A stretch of DNA of 64,000 nt from the NCBI GenBank assembly GCA_963785725.1, contig CAWAWS010000003.1:480001-544000 (forward strand), given 5' to 3'. The translations under genes were made by a program, and so were the position numbers. How positions within the stretch are numbered: the first letter of the stretch is position 1; each line of letters opens with the position of its first letter. Positions 25,630 through 34,736 of this stretch are shown in pieces. The notes under the pieces are model-generated. The model had not been told where the DNA came from. It was given only the letters and a program-made list of their open reading frames with translations, and did no database searches. The stretch is from an uncultured delta proteobacterium (GTDB lineage Bacteria; Myxococcota_A; Polyangia; Palsa-1104).

Positions 25630-27384
25630 TCAGAGGCCCCCGCGACGACCGTTGTCGACGGCGGCTCCGGTGCGCGTGCCCTTGTCCAGGTCATCCTCGT
25701 CGTCGGCGCGGCGCATCTGGCGCAGCACGGCGCGGTCGTTGCTGAGCAGCGTCGACGCCGAGCCGGTGGCGTCGGCCAAGAGCGCGATCTCGGCGCTGCG
25801 CGCCTCCATCTCCGTCTTTACGACCTGCAGGCGCGCCGCCGCTTCGGCCTGCGCCAACTCCAGCTGCAGCCGCTTGAGCTCGTTGGCCACCTCGATCTGC
25901 TTCTTCGAGGCCAGCTCGTCCTGTTCCCACTCCCAGCGCGCCACGCCCATGAGCACCTTGCCCTGCGCCACGAAGACGTCGGTGAGGTTGACGCCGTCAT
26001 CGGTGAGCTTGAGCTCGCGGACCTGGTTCGAGTGTCCCGTGCCGCGTGATTTGACGATCGTCAGGGCACGGTTGCGCTCGCCGTCCTGGACCAAGTAGGA
26101 GAGATGAATCCAGGTATCGGCAATGGTCGAGATGCCCGTCGCCGTCGCCTCGTCGGTGCGGAGCCCGTCCATCAAGGACGTGTTGACCACCGTGATTCCT
26201 TCACTCTTGAGATGGTCCAGAAACTGTTGCGCGGCATCGGCCGAGGCCAGGTGGCCCTTCTTCGTCGAGAGCGCCGAGAGCGGGTCGATCACCAGGCAGC
26301 GCGGGCTGAACTGCCGCACCTTCGTGCGCAGATCGCCGAACTGGTCCTCGATGTTGGGTCCGCGCGTGCGTGTCGAGAACATCTTGAGCATGCCGGACTT
26401 CAAATGCGGAGCGAGAAAGACGCCGACCGACTGAAGGTTTCGCACGATCTGATCGGCGCCCTCGTCGAAGCTGACGTACAGCGTGCGCTCGCCCCGAGCG
26501 CAGGCGGCGGCGGCAAAGAGGCCGGACAGCGTCGACTTGGCGGTGCCGGGCGCGCCCGAGATGAGGACGTTGCTGCCGCGGTGGAAGCCGCCGCAGAGCA
26601 TGTTGTCCAGCCGCGGGACGCCCGACGAAATCCGCTCGTCGGTGACGTTGTACTTGAGCTCGCTCGGGCCGCGATTGTTGAGCTGCAGCCCCGCGTTGGT
26701 GAGCGCGATCGGGAACTCGTCGCCGGCAAAGCCCGAGCCGCGATATTTCATCACGCGCAGATTCCGGAAGCTGGACCCGTCGATGACCTCGTGGTGCAGC
26801 ACCACGACGCAGTCGACCATGAATTGCAAGAAGCTGTAGCGTTGGTCCGCTTCGACGCGGCCGACCTTCTGCGTGATGATTCCCGTCAGCCCAGTTTCCG
26901 CCAGCCAGTCGCGGATGCGATAGACCTCACGCCGCTCGGCGACGGGATCGTCGAGTAGGCCGAGCAGGACGTCGAGTCCGTCGAAGACGATCCGCGTGGC
27001 CTTCATCTCGTCCGCCTTGGCCCGCAGCATCCCCAGCATTCCAATCAGGTCGAACTCTCCAGCCTTCACCACTTCGGGCGAGAGGCGTGCGTCCAAGAAG
27101 AAGAGCTTCCTGTCGGTGAGCGCCGGCAGATCCCAACCGAACGTGGCTGCGTTGGCGGCGATCTGCGCCGTGCTCTCCTCGAATGCGACGAAGAGGCTGG
27201 CGTCGTTCCCCAAATGCGCCCCATTGACGAGCGACTGCAGCGCAAACACCGTCTTGCCGCAGCCCGGTCCGCCCATGATGAGCGTCGTTCGCCTGCGGGG
27301 CAGCCCACCATCGGTGATTTCATCGAATCCGGTGATGCCGGTGAGCATCTTGGTGATGGCTGCATGAGCGGGCTGGCTGTCCAT
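25630..27384 (-). CDS. kaiC: KaiC double-domain ATPase/kinase
   Basis: TGITGFDEITDGGLP, GGPGCGKT, FEES, MKYRGS; second domain GAPGTAKS, ISTIADTW, VKSRGTGHSNQVRE. Confidence 0.92.
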   Translation of the reverse strand: MDSQPAHAAITKMLTGITGFDEITDGGLPRRRTTLIMGGPGCGKTVFALQSLVNGAHLGNDASLFVAFEESTAQIAANAATFGWDLPALTDRKLFFLDARLSPEVVKAGEFDLIGMLGMLRAKADEMKATRIVFDGLDVLLGLLDDPVAERREVYRIRDWLAETGLTGIITQKVGRVEADQRYSFLQFMVDCVVVLHHEVIDGSSFRNLRVMKYRGSGFAGDEFPIALTNAGLQLNNRGPSELKYNVTDERISSGVPRLDNMLCGGFHRGSNVLISGAPGTAKSTLSGLFAAAACARGERTLYVSFDEGADQIVRNLQSVGVFLAPHLKSGMLKMFSTRTRGPNIEDQFGDLRTKVRQFSPRCLVIDPLSALSTKKGHLASADAAQQFLDHLKSEGITVVNTSLMDGLRTDEATATGISTIADTWIHLSYLVQDGERNRALTIVKSRGTGHSNQVRELKLTDDGVNLTDVFVAQGKVLMGVARWEWEQDELASKKQIEVANELKRLQLELAQAEAAARLQVVKTEMEARSAEIALLADATGSASTLLSNDRAVLRQMRRADDEDDLDKGTRTGAAVDNGRRGGL

Positions 27385-27423
27385 GAGGTCCTTTGGAATA
27401 GAGAGCGCGCGGCGAGCCCGCTC

Positions 27424-27438
27424 GCACGGAGCGCGCCA
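27424..27438 (-). promoter_or_regulatory. Putative sigma54 (-24/-12) promoter upstream of kaiC
   Basis: Minus-strand TGGCGCGCTCCGTGC (GG-N10-GC), 40 nt upstream of the kaiC ATG. Confidence 0.5.
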
Positions 27439-27858
27439 TACTAACTGTTGGTAAACGATCGATGCAGAAGCGGGCGAAGATGGATTGCCGCGAGAGGGCA
27501 CGCTCGCGCGAGCGCGCCCATTCATGAGTGTGCCCGGAATGGCATCTTTGTCCATTCTTATCCGGTGCGACATACGCGCGAGCGCAGGCTACGTTGGGTT
27601 CGCGCCTGCTTGCAGCCACTTCTACGATCTTTGAAGGTGCGACAAAATGCCGCACCTACTCGTGTAGACAGGTCTGCACGATCATGTCTGAAGCGGACGA
27701 TCGTCACGATTGGGCGCTCGCGAGAAAGAAAGAGGCAGGCGGCGCCGCGGTCCAATAGTCGTAGCCCGTCTCCGCTCGACCAGGCTTATCGCTGCGTACT
27801 CCGAGAATCTGACAGGTCGGACGCTCGCGTGACCAATCACGTTCAAGGCCGTTCCAAC

Positions 27859-29013
27859 TCAGGGCAGGTTGATGGTGTCCGACTTCAACGTGATCTGTCC
27901 GGTCGTGCACAGCAGTCGGCCGTTGACCGTCGTGCCCAGCTCGACCGAGTTCGAGGACTGAGCCAGGACGGTGCCGTTGAAGCTCACGTTGGCGCTCATG
28001 CTCGACGCCGAGCCGACGGCCCAAAAAACGTTGGCCGCCTGCGCCTGGTTGACGAGGACGACGCTGGCGCCGGTGTTGACCGTCAAGGTCGAGCCGATCT
28101 GAAAGATCCAGACCGCGTTGGGATCGCCTTGGCCGTCGAGCGTGAGCGTGCCACCGACGGCGATGTCCATCGACGAGGCCGGCTGCGACGTGTAGACGCC
28201 GGGCGCGAGGTGCTGGCCGGCCAAGTTCGCGGTGACGATGATGCCGGGCGGACGCCCAGTCGCGTCGGCGTACGCCGAGACGAGGTCGGCCTTGGCGGCG
28301 GCGGCCTTGCCCGCCGGATCGTCGGCGTACAGCGTTCCGTTGATCGTCGGATCGATGGCCGAGCAAGGCATTCCGTCCCCGAGGCAGGTGGCGGTCGGGC
28401 TGAGCCCCACGTCGCCGTTGAGCACCGTGATGCCGCCCGAATTGGTGTTGGTGAGCCCGGCGCCGGACACGGCCACGAAGGTGGCGAGCGAGCGCAGGTT
28501 CACCGGCTGCATGCAAGGGATCGCGCTCGTCGTGAAGCTCCAGACTTTGTCGGCGGCCAGCGCCACGCCGGCGAGGTCCTGGACGCCGGTCGTGAGGGTG
28601 GCGGTGTAGGTCTTGCCGCCCAGCAGGCTGCTCGACGGCAAGAAGGACGCTCGCTTGGTCGCGGCGTCATAGTCGACCGCGCCTGTGACCGGCGTCGGGC
28701 CCGGCGCCGCCAGCAAGAAGGTGCCGGTATCGATGGTCAGCGCGGCCATCGCCCGGTCGAACGTCGCGTCGATCGCGAACGGGACGCAGATGCTGGTCGC
28801 GTCACCGGCCGGATTGGTCGCCACCACCTGCGGCGCCGTCGGCTGACCGCCGTCATCGCCGCCGCTCATCGCCAGATCGCCCGCGGCCAGATCTTCCGTT
28901 GGCGCCGCCAAATCGTTGGTCGCGGAGAGATCGAGGAACTGGACCAGCGGCTGTCCGCAGCCGGCCACTGTCGAGATCAACAGCAGCGCAATGCCACTCT
29001 TCGAGATGTTCAA
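27859..29013 (-). CDS. Ice-binding (DUF3494) lipoprotein with Ig-like (Big_5) domain
   Basis: Lipobox VAGC; Ig-like PQVVATNP..IDATFDRAM..YTATLTTGVQDLAG; DUF3494 GDVGLSP, LAPGVY, LTLDGQGDPNAVWIFQIGSTL, NVFWAVGS, VNGRLL. Confidence 0.9.
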   Translation of the reverse strand: MNISKSGIALLLISTVAGCGQPLVQFLDLSATNDLAAPTEDLAAGDLAMSGGDDGGQPTAPQVVATNPAGDATSICVPFAIDATFDRAMAALTIDTGTFLLAAPGPTPVTGAVDYDAATKRASFLPSSSLLGGKTYTATLTTGVQDLAGVALAADKVWSFTTSAIPCMQPVNLRSLATFVAVSGAGLTNTNSGGITVLNGDVGLSPTATCLGDGMPCSAIDPTINGTLYADDPAGKAAAAKADLVSAYADATGRPPGIIVTANLAGQHLAPGVYTSQPASSMDIAVGGTLTLDGQGDPNAVWIFQIGSTLTVNTGASVVLVNQAQAANVFWAVGSASSMSANVSFNGTVLAQSSNSVELGTTVNGRLLCTTGQITLKSDTINLP

Positions 29014-30209
29014 TTGGAGCTCCCATCATTGACGCGGACGAGGTCGACCAGGAACTCGACTCGTCGATTGGCCTCGCGGCCGGCTTCGGTGTCATTGCGA
29101 TCGAGCGGCTGCGACGAGCTGAAGCCCTTGAACGCCAAACGATCGGCGGCGATACCGTGCGTCGCCAGATAGTCGAGGACCGCGCGCGCTCGCTCCTCGG
29201 ACAGGCTCTGATTGTGCGTCTCGGTTCCCGAAGAATCGGTGTGTCCCTCGATGCGCACCCGAAAAGACTTGTTGTCTTTGAGCGCCTGCACGACCTCGTC
29301 GAGCAGCGGGTACGATTGCGGCTCGATGGCCGCTCGGTCCCAGGAAAAGAGGATCTTCTCTTTGAGCTCGAGCTTATCCGGCTTCACCACCACCTTTCGG
29401 TAGACGGGGCAGCCGCGATTCTCGACCGGACCGGCCACGTCGGGGCAGACGTCGGCGACATCGGCCAGACCGTCGCCGTCGCCGTCGGGACAACCCCAGG
29501 TCGCCCGCGGGCCGGGCTGATCGGGACACTTGTCGACACCATCGACGACGCCGTCGCCGTCGCGATCGGTCACCGCCGCCGCGGCGCACAGGCTGCATTC
29601 CGCCGGCTTGGCGAGCGCGCGGCGATGCGGCGAGCCGACCTCGAGCGAGGCGCCGACGATGAAGAGGCTCGCGTCCCGGTTGTCGGCGCCGACGCGCTCG
29701 CCCTGCACGATCTGGACGTAGCGCACGAACGGTCCGAGCCACAGGCGTCGATCGTCGTCGAGCGCCGACGAGAGGCCGGCGCCGACCGAGAAGCCGAAGC
29801 GGTCGAGATCGCCCGTGCGCACGTACATCGCGTCGCCGTCCAGCCACGGCGAGTAGCCGCGCGCCAGATCGTGCGGCCGCTTGAGCCGCAATCCGGCGCC
29901 CAATCCCCACGCCGCGCCGGTATCGGTCGACGGCGCTCCGGCGCGCGCCGGCAGGCCGATATAGGTGAGGCCCGCCTGGGCGTCGAGATAGCGCCCGATT
30001 CCGATCATGCCCTTGAACGACCCGCCAAAGCCGGGCCCGAAGAGCCGCGCTTGCGGATCGCCGGCCGGCGCCGCCATGCCCGGCTCCAATTTCAGGCCCC
30101 AATCGACGGCCAGCGCTTGCGCCGGATAGGCCAGCAACGCGAGTGCGAAGAGAGACGGGCCGAAGGGCTCGCGCTTGAACGACTTGATCGCGTTGGTCAT
30201 GGGCTCCAT
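29010..30209 (-). CDS. OmpA-family protein with beta-barrel-like N-terminus and TSP3-like repeats
   Basis: DRDGDGVVDGVDKCP repeats; IEGHTDS..LSEERA..GREANRRVEF. Confidence 0.9.
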   Translation of the reverse strand: MEPMTNAIKSFKREPFGPSLFALALLAYPAQALAVDWGLKLEPGMAAPAGDPQARLFGPGFGGSFKGMIGIGRYLDAQAGLTYIGLPARAGAPSTDTGAAWGLGAGLRLKRPHDLARGYSPWLDGDAMYVRTGDLDRFGFSVGAGLSSALDDDRRLWLGPFVRYVQIVQGERVGADNRDASLFIVGASLEVGSPHRRALAKPAECSLCAAAAVTDRDGDGVVDGVDKCPDQPGPRATWGCPDGDGDGLADVADVCPDVAGPVENRGCPVYRKVVVKPDKLELKEKILFSWDRAAIEPQSYPLLDEVVQALKDNKSFRVRIEGHTDSSGTETHNQSLSEERARAVLDYLATHGIAADRLAFKGFSSSQPLDRNDTEAGREANRRVEFLVDLVRVNDGSSN

Positions 30210-30262
30210 TCGGACATCGAGAGCTGCCGCGTGTGTCGAGCTAGGTTTCGCGGCGCGCCTGG

Positions 30263-30532
30263 TTATTGATCATTGGCCGGCTTGTCGCCCGGCTTGGTCT
30301 GCGGCGGCAGCGGCTTGCCTTCGTCGATCGCCTTGACGGTGGCTTTGTGGTGCGCGTCTTCCGCTTTGCGCTCCTCGCTGCCGGCAATTCCGTACTGACC
30401 ATTGGAAGCCGCCGTATCCGAGTTCTGCTGATGAGCGAGCGCGCGCTGCTGCTCCTGCCGCGAGGTCGCACAGCCCGCCGCGCAGGCGCCGGCAAGCAAG
30501 GCCAAAGCGAATGCGCAGATCGTCTTGTTCAT
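30263..30532 (-). CDS. Small lipoprotein
   Basis: Signal MNKTICAFALALLAGACAAGC; GGAGG RBS. Confidence 0.7.
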   Translation of the reverse strand: MNKTICAFALALLAGACAAGCATSRQEQQRALAHQQNSDTAASNGQYGIAGSEERKAEDAHHKATVKAIDEGKPLPPQTKPGDKPANDQ

Positions 30533-30555
30533 GAGGTCCTCCGCGCCGCCCACTT

Positions 30556-30571
30556 TGCACGCGTCGAGCCA
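30556..30571 (-). promoter_or_regulatory. Putative sigma54 promoter
   Basis: Minus-strand TGGCTCGACGCGTGCA (GG-N10-GC). Confidence 0.6.
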
Positions 30572-30611
30572 GTGCTCGACCCGGTCGCGGCGCCAGCCCG
30601 GGTCGACGAAT

Positions 30612-30646
30612 GTGGGGCGAATAGGGGCACCGTGGCGTTATGCCCG
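30612..30646. promoter_or_regulatory. 35-bp conserved upstream motif, copy 1
   Basis: GTGGGGCGAATAGGGGCACCGTGGCGTTATGCCCG; 27/35 identical to 33241-33275. Confidence 0.6.
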
Positions 30647-30702
30647 TGGGGCCGCGCGCTTTCGCCGGTCAATGGGTGACGGTTGCGCGACCGCGCCGTC
30701 TC

Positions 30703-31521
30703 TTAGTGCGTCGTGAAGGCGACCATTGCGGGCGCGGCGCCGCTGACGAGACTGTCGTCGTCGTTGTGCAGCTCCAGCGTCACCGTATGGTCGCCGGCGG
30801 CCGTCGGACAGAGGCCGAAGAGCGCGTTGATCGGGCTCGCCGATCCGGTCGCGTTGTAGTCGCTGCCCGTCGCGTTGCAGGCCGTGCCGTCGATGAGCAG
30901 GTTCACGTGGCCGCAGCCGCTGCCGCAGCCCGCGGTGCCGGGCGCCGCGAGCGTGAAGTTCTCGGTCGCAAACTCGACGGCGACGCTCTTGTTGACGTCG
31001 ACGCCCAGCGCCTCGTCGGCGCCCGCCGACGGCGACGTGATGGAGATCGAAGCGGCGCCGTCGTTTCCGGTGACGGTCTTGATCGTGACCGACGCGGCGA
31101 CGGTCTTGCCGGCCGCATTGAGCAGCGGCGAGTGATCGTTGTTGTGCAGCTCGACGGTCAGCACGTGACTTCCGGTGGCCGTGGCACAGGACGAGAAGAG
31201 CGCGTTGATCGGGCTGGCGGCGCCTTCGTTGTTATAGGCGAACGGCAGGCTGTTGCAGGCGGTTCCGTCGATCAACAGCTCGACGTGGCCGCAGCCGACG
31301 CCGCAGCCGAGCGACTCCGCCGGCATGAGCAGGAAGTTCGTGGTGGTGAAGGTGACGGGGAGCTTGAGCTGATCGTCGGTCCCCAGCGTCGACGTGCCGC
31401 TACTGGACGGCGTGACGATGGCGATCGCAGGCGCCACGCTCTTGGCGCTCGAGCCGCCGCAGCCAATGGTCATGAAGACGCAGCTCGAAATCGTAAGCAG
31501 ACCGATTGTCCTAAGCTTCAT
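30703..31521 (-). CDS. Lipoprotein with two tandem Cys/His-containing domains
   Basis: Lipobox TIGC; duplicated GCGxGCGHVxLLIDGTACN...HxxTxELHNxD. Confidence 0.75.
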   Translation of the reverse strand: MKLRTIGLLTISSCVFMTIGCGGSSAKSVAPAIAIVTPSSSGTSTLGTDDQLKLPVTFTTTNFLLMPAESLGCGVGCGHVELLIDGTACNSLPFAYNNEGAASPINALFSSCATATGSHVLTVELHNNDHSPLLNAAGKTVAASVTIKTVTGNDGAASISITSPSAGADEALGVDVNKSVAVEFATENFTLAAPGTAGCGSGCGHVNLLIDGTACNATGSDYNATGSASPINALFGLCPTAAGDHTVTLELHNDDDSLVSGAAPAMVAFTTH

Positions 31522-31624
31522 TCGGTGTTCCTCGTGGCGCTCTCGAGTCGAGACGCCGGTTGCAGCCGTTAAGTGAAGGTCCTATGCGTAGCCGTAATCT
31601 TCGGATCGCTTGGTGCCGTGGTCG

Positions 31625-32533
31625 CTACTTGCCGGCCGGCTGAACGATGATCTCGACGCGGCGATTGTTGGCGCGACCATCGGCGCTGTCGTTCGAAGTG
31701 ATGGGGCGCGCCTTGCCTATGCCGTGCGCCGCAATCCGATCGGGCTCGTAGCCGCGGGTGACGAGATAGCTGCGCACCGAATCGGCGCGGCGCTGCGACA
31801 GGTCGAGGTTGTGGCTCTCGGAGCCGCGCGAGTCGGTGTGTCCCTCGACGACGATGTTGCGCTCCTTGGTCGCCAAGAGCGCGTCGGCCACCTGGCCGAG
31901 CCGCGTCTGGGCCTCGGGCAGCAGCATCGACTGATCCGACGGGAACAAGACGCTGCCGCTCAGCGTGATGACCATGCCGCGATCTTCCTCTTTGACGGCC
32001 GCCAGCTTGGCCAGCGCATCCTGGGCCGCCTTGGCGCGCGCGTCGGCGTCGGCCGCGCGCTGCTCGGAGTCGAGCCGCGCTTGCCGCTCGCTGCCGAGCG
32101 CCTGCCGATCGGTCGCGTCGTTGCGCTGCGACTCGGCCAGCTGCTCGCGGGTCTGGGTCAGCTCGGTCGCCGTACGCTTGGCGATCACGTGCTCCGAGCG
32201 ACCAATCGACTGATCGGCGGCGCTCTTGTCGCTCTTGGCCAGCGCGATGCCTGCCAGCGCCTCGGCAAGCTGCGACTTGCGCTGAGCGACGTAAGCGAGG
32301 TCGCGCGTCTCGGTCGACTCGGGATCTTTCGACCAAGCCTCGTCTGCCTTGACGAGCGCCTCTTTCGCCGTGTGCAGCTCGGCCGGGCAGAGATCCGACG
32401 CGCGGCTGCGGCTGGCATGCTGATACGCCACGCGCGCGTCGGCGAGCTCGGGCGGAATGACCGTGGCGCAACCGCCGGCGGACAGGAGACCAAATGCGAT
32501 CGCCCCAGGTAGGGATCGAGCCAAACGGTGCAT
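31625..32533 (-). CDS. DUF4398 plus OmpA lipoprotein
   Basis: Lipobox AGGC; PPELADAR; RGMVITLSGSVLF; VEGHTDSRG; GRANNRRVEI. Confidence 0.9.
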   Translation of the reverse strand: MHRLARSLPGAIAFGLLSAGGCATVIPPELADARVAYQHASRSRASDLCPAELHTAKEALVKADEAWSKDPESTETRDLAYVAQRKSQLAEALAGIALAKSDKSAADQSIGRSEHVIAKRTATELTQTREQLAESQRNDATDRQALGSERQARLDSEQRAADADARAKAAQDALAKLAAVKEEDRGMVITLSGSVLFPSDQSMLLPEAQTRLGQVADALLATKERNIVVEGHTDSRGSESHNLDLSQRRADSVRSYLVTRGYEPDRIAAHGIGKARPITSNDSADGRANNRRVEIIVQPAGK

Positions 32534-32560
32534 GAATACTCCTTGAGAAGCGTGCGTTCG

Positions 32561-32914
32561 TTAATGATTGGTCTGCTGTTGCAGCGAGCGCGCCTTATCG
32601 GCTTCCTGCTGCGCCTCGATCTGCATGGGCGCTTCGCGAGCCAACGCCAACGCCAGCTCGGCGTCGGCCTGGGCGCGCATCAGCTGCCCTTCGGCGTGCT
32701 TCGCGTCGCCGTCCTTGATGAGCTGCTGCGCGCGCCCGTTCTCTTCCTTGGCCAGCTGCAGGTGGAGCGACGCTTGCGGAACCTTGGGCGCGCCCAGCTC
32801 CTCGGCCGCGCGAATGGACGAGTCGGTGGCGGCGACCTTTTCGGTGGAGACGCCGGCGGCGCAGCCGGTCGTGAACAAGAAGCCAATACCGAGAAATACG
32901 TAAAGATGTCTCAT
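32561..32914 (-). CDS. DUF4398 lipoprotein
   Basis: Lipobox TTGC; SSIRAAEELGA..A.LHLQLAKE..RAQADAELALALA. Confidence 0.85.
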   Translation of the reverse strand: MRHLYVFLGIGFLFTTGCAAGVSTEKVAATDSSIRAAEELGAPKVPQASLHLQLAKEENGRAQQLIKDGDAKHAEGQLMRAQADAELALALAREAPMQIEAQQEADKARSLQQQTNH

Positions 32915-32935
32915 CAGATGATTCCTCTGCTGACG

Positions 32936-33091
32936 TTAGAGAATGCGGCGTCCCTGAATCACGCGGATGATGAGGACGATGACCGCGATGACGATGAGGA
33001 GGTGAACGAACGGGCCCAGGGTCACGTGGTACGGACCCCAGAAGCCGAACGCCCACATGAGGACGAGCAATACAATGATGGTCTCGAGCAT
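32936..33091 (-). CDS. lmo0937-family small membrane protein
   Basis: MLETIIVLLVLMWAFGF..LGPFVHLLIVIAVIVLIIRVIQGRR; AGGAG RBS. Confidence 0.85.
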   Translation of the reverse strand: MLETIIVLLVLMWAFGFWGPYHVTLGPFVHLLIVIAVIVLIIRVIQGRRIL

Positions 33092-33184
33092 CGGGTTCTC
33101 CTTTGGAGCTGTTGAGCGGCACTCGACCTTTGCGTTCCATCGGAGCGCTTTTGGCGGCTGCGCCAGTCGGCGGTCGGTTGACTT

Positions 33185-33200
33185 TGCACGTCGCGATCCA
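33185..33200 (-). promoter_or_regulatory. Putative sigma54 promoter
   Basis: Minus-strand TGGATCGCGACGTGCA (GG-N10-GC), followed by AAGT as at 30556-30571. Confidence 0.6.
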
Positions 33201-33240
33201 GTCGCGACGGGCGAGGCTGCGCCGTGGTTGGCCGCTGACG

Positions 33241-33275
33241 GTGGGGCAAAAAGGGATGGCGTCGCGTTCTGCCCG
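33241..33275. promoter_or_regulatory. 35-bp conserved upstream motif, copy 2
   Basis: GTGGGGCAAAAAGGGATGGCGTCGCGTTCTGCCCG; same 41-nt offset from its sigma54 box as copy 1. Confidence 0.6.
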
Positions 33276-33293
33276 TAGCTACTCTGAGCCACG

Positions 33294-34667
33294 ATGGAAC
33301 GCCGGATCCTGGTCGTCGACGACGATGCCGAGGTGCGCCAGCTGATCGACGCGGCCCTGCGCGACGTCGGGTTCGAGGTCAGCTTGGCCGGCTCGGGCGA
33401 AGAGGCGCTGGCGCTCATCGCCGCCGGCGACTACGACGTGGTGGTCACCGACCTGCAGATGCCGGGCATGAACGGGCTGCAAGTCTGCGAGCGGATCGTG
33501 CAAATCCGCCCCGACGTCCCGGTCGTCATTCTCACGGCGCGAGGAACGCTCGACGCGGCGGTGGGCGCCATCCGCGCCGGCGCCTATGATTTCGTGACCC
33601 ATCCGCTGGCACTGCAGCCGTTCCAGCTGCTGATCGAGCGCGCGGCCCGCCATCGCGAGCTGACCGTCGAGGTCAAGCGCCTGCGCGAAATGGCGGCGCC
33701 GCAGCCGTTCGCCGGCATCGTGGGATCGAGCCAGGCGATGCGCATCGTCTTCGATATGGTCGCGCGCGTGGCCTCCACCGACTCGACGGTGCTGATCACG
33801 GGCGAGACCGGCAGTGGCAAGGAGCTGATCGCGCGCGCCGTTCACCAGCGCAGCCGGCGCGCCGCCGGACCGTTCGTGGCCATCAACTGCGCGGCGATGC
33901 CCGAGGCGCTGCTCGAGAGCGAGCTGTTCGGCCATGCCAGGGGCGCGTTCACCGACGCCAAGGTGGCGCGCTCGGGCTTACTGCTGCAGGCCAGCGGCGG
34001 CACGCTCCTGCTCGACGAGATCGGCGAGATGCCGCTGACGGTGCAAGCCAAGCTGCTGCGCGTGCTGCAGGAGCGGACGGTGCGGCCCGTCGGTGGCGAC
34101 CGCGAGCTGCCGCTCGATCTGCGCATCGTGGCCGCCACCAACCGCGATCTCGAGAAAGCCGTCGAAGAGGGACGTTTTCGCGAGGATCTCTTCTATCGCA
34201 TCCACGTCGTGCGCATCGCGGTGCCACCGCTCAAGGCGCGCGCGGCCGACGTGCTCGAGCTGGCCCAGCAGGCGCTGGAACGATTCGCGCGCTTGGCCGG
34301 CAAGCAGGTGACCTCGCTCTCGAGCGCAGCGGCCGAGCGGCTGCTCTCCTACGATTGGCCGGGCAACGTGCGCGAGCTGCACAACGCGATCGAGCGCGCC
34401 GTGGCGCTCAGCCGCTACGCGGAGCTGACGGTCGAGGACTTGCCGCAGAACGTGCGCGAGCTGCGCGGCTCGCAGATCCTCGTCGCCGACGACGCGGCAC
34501 ACCTGCCGTCGATGGAGGAGGTCGAGCGCCGCTACGTGCTGCGCGTGCTCGATGCGGTCCACGGCAACAAAGCGCTGGCCGCGCGCGTGCTCGGTTTCGA
34601 TCGCAAGACGCTGTACCGCAAGATGGAACGCTTCGGCGTTGCCCCGCCCTCCTCGCCGGACAAGTAA
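33294..34667 (+). CDS. Sigma54-dependent (NtrC-family) response regulator
   Basis: Receiver; GETGSGKE; ESELFGHARGAFTDA; LLDEIGEM; WPGNVREL; Fis-type HTH. Confidence 0.95.
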   Translation: MERRILVVDDDAEVRQLIDAALRDVGFEVSLAGSGEEALALIAAGDYDVVVTDLQMPGMNGLQVCERIVQIRPDVPVVILTARGTLDAAVGAIRAGAYDFVTHPLALQPFQLLIERAARHRELTVEVKRLREMAAPQPFAGIVGSSQAMRIVFDMVARVASTDSTVLITGETGSGKELIARAVHQRSRRAAGPFVAINCAAMPEALLESELFGHARGAFTDAKVARSGLLLQASGGTLLLDEIGEMPLTVQAKLLRVLQERTVRPVGGDRELPLDLRIVAATNRDLEKAVEEGRFREDLFYRIHVVRIAVPPLKARAADVLELAQQALERFARLAGKQVTSLSSAAAERLLSYDWPGNVRELHNAIERAVALSRYAELTVEDLPQNVRELRGSQILVADDAAHLPSMEEVERRYVLRVLDAVHGNKALAARVLGFDRKTLYRKMERFGVAPPSSPDK

Positions 34668-34736
34668 CAAGTAGCCCCGCGGCGACAGCAATCGGCGCCG
34701 GCTTCTTGGGCCGGTTCGCGCTATCTTCGCCGCTGC

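Noticed and set aside
25338..27384. Bona fide circadian clock
   Set aside because: No kaiA or sasA in the window, and oscillation cannot be inferred from sequence.
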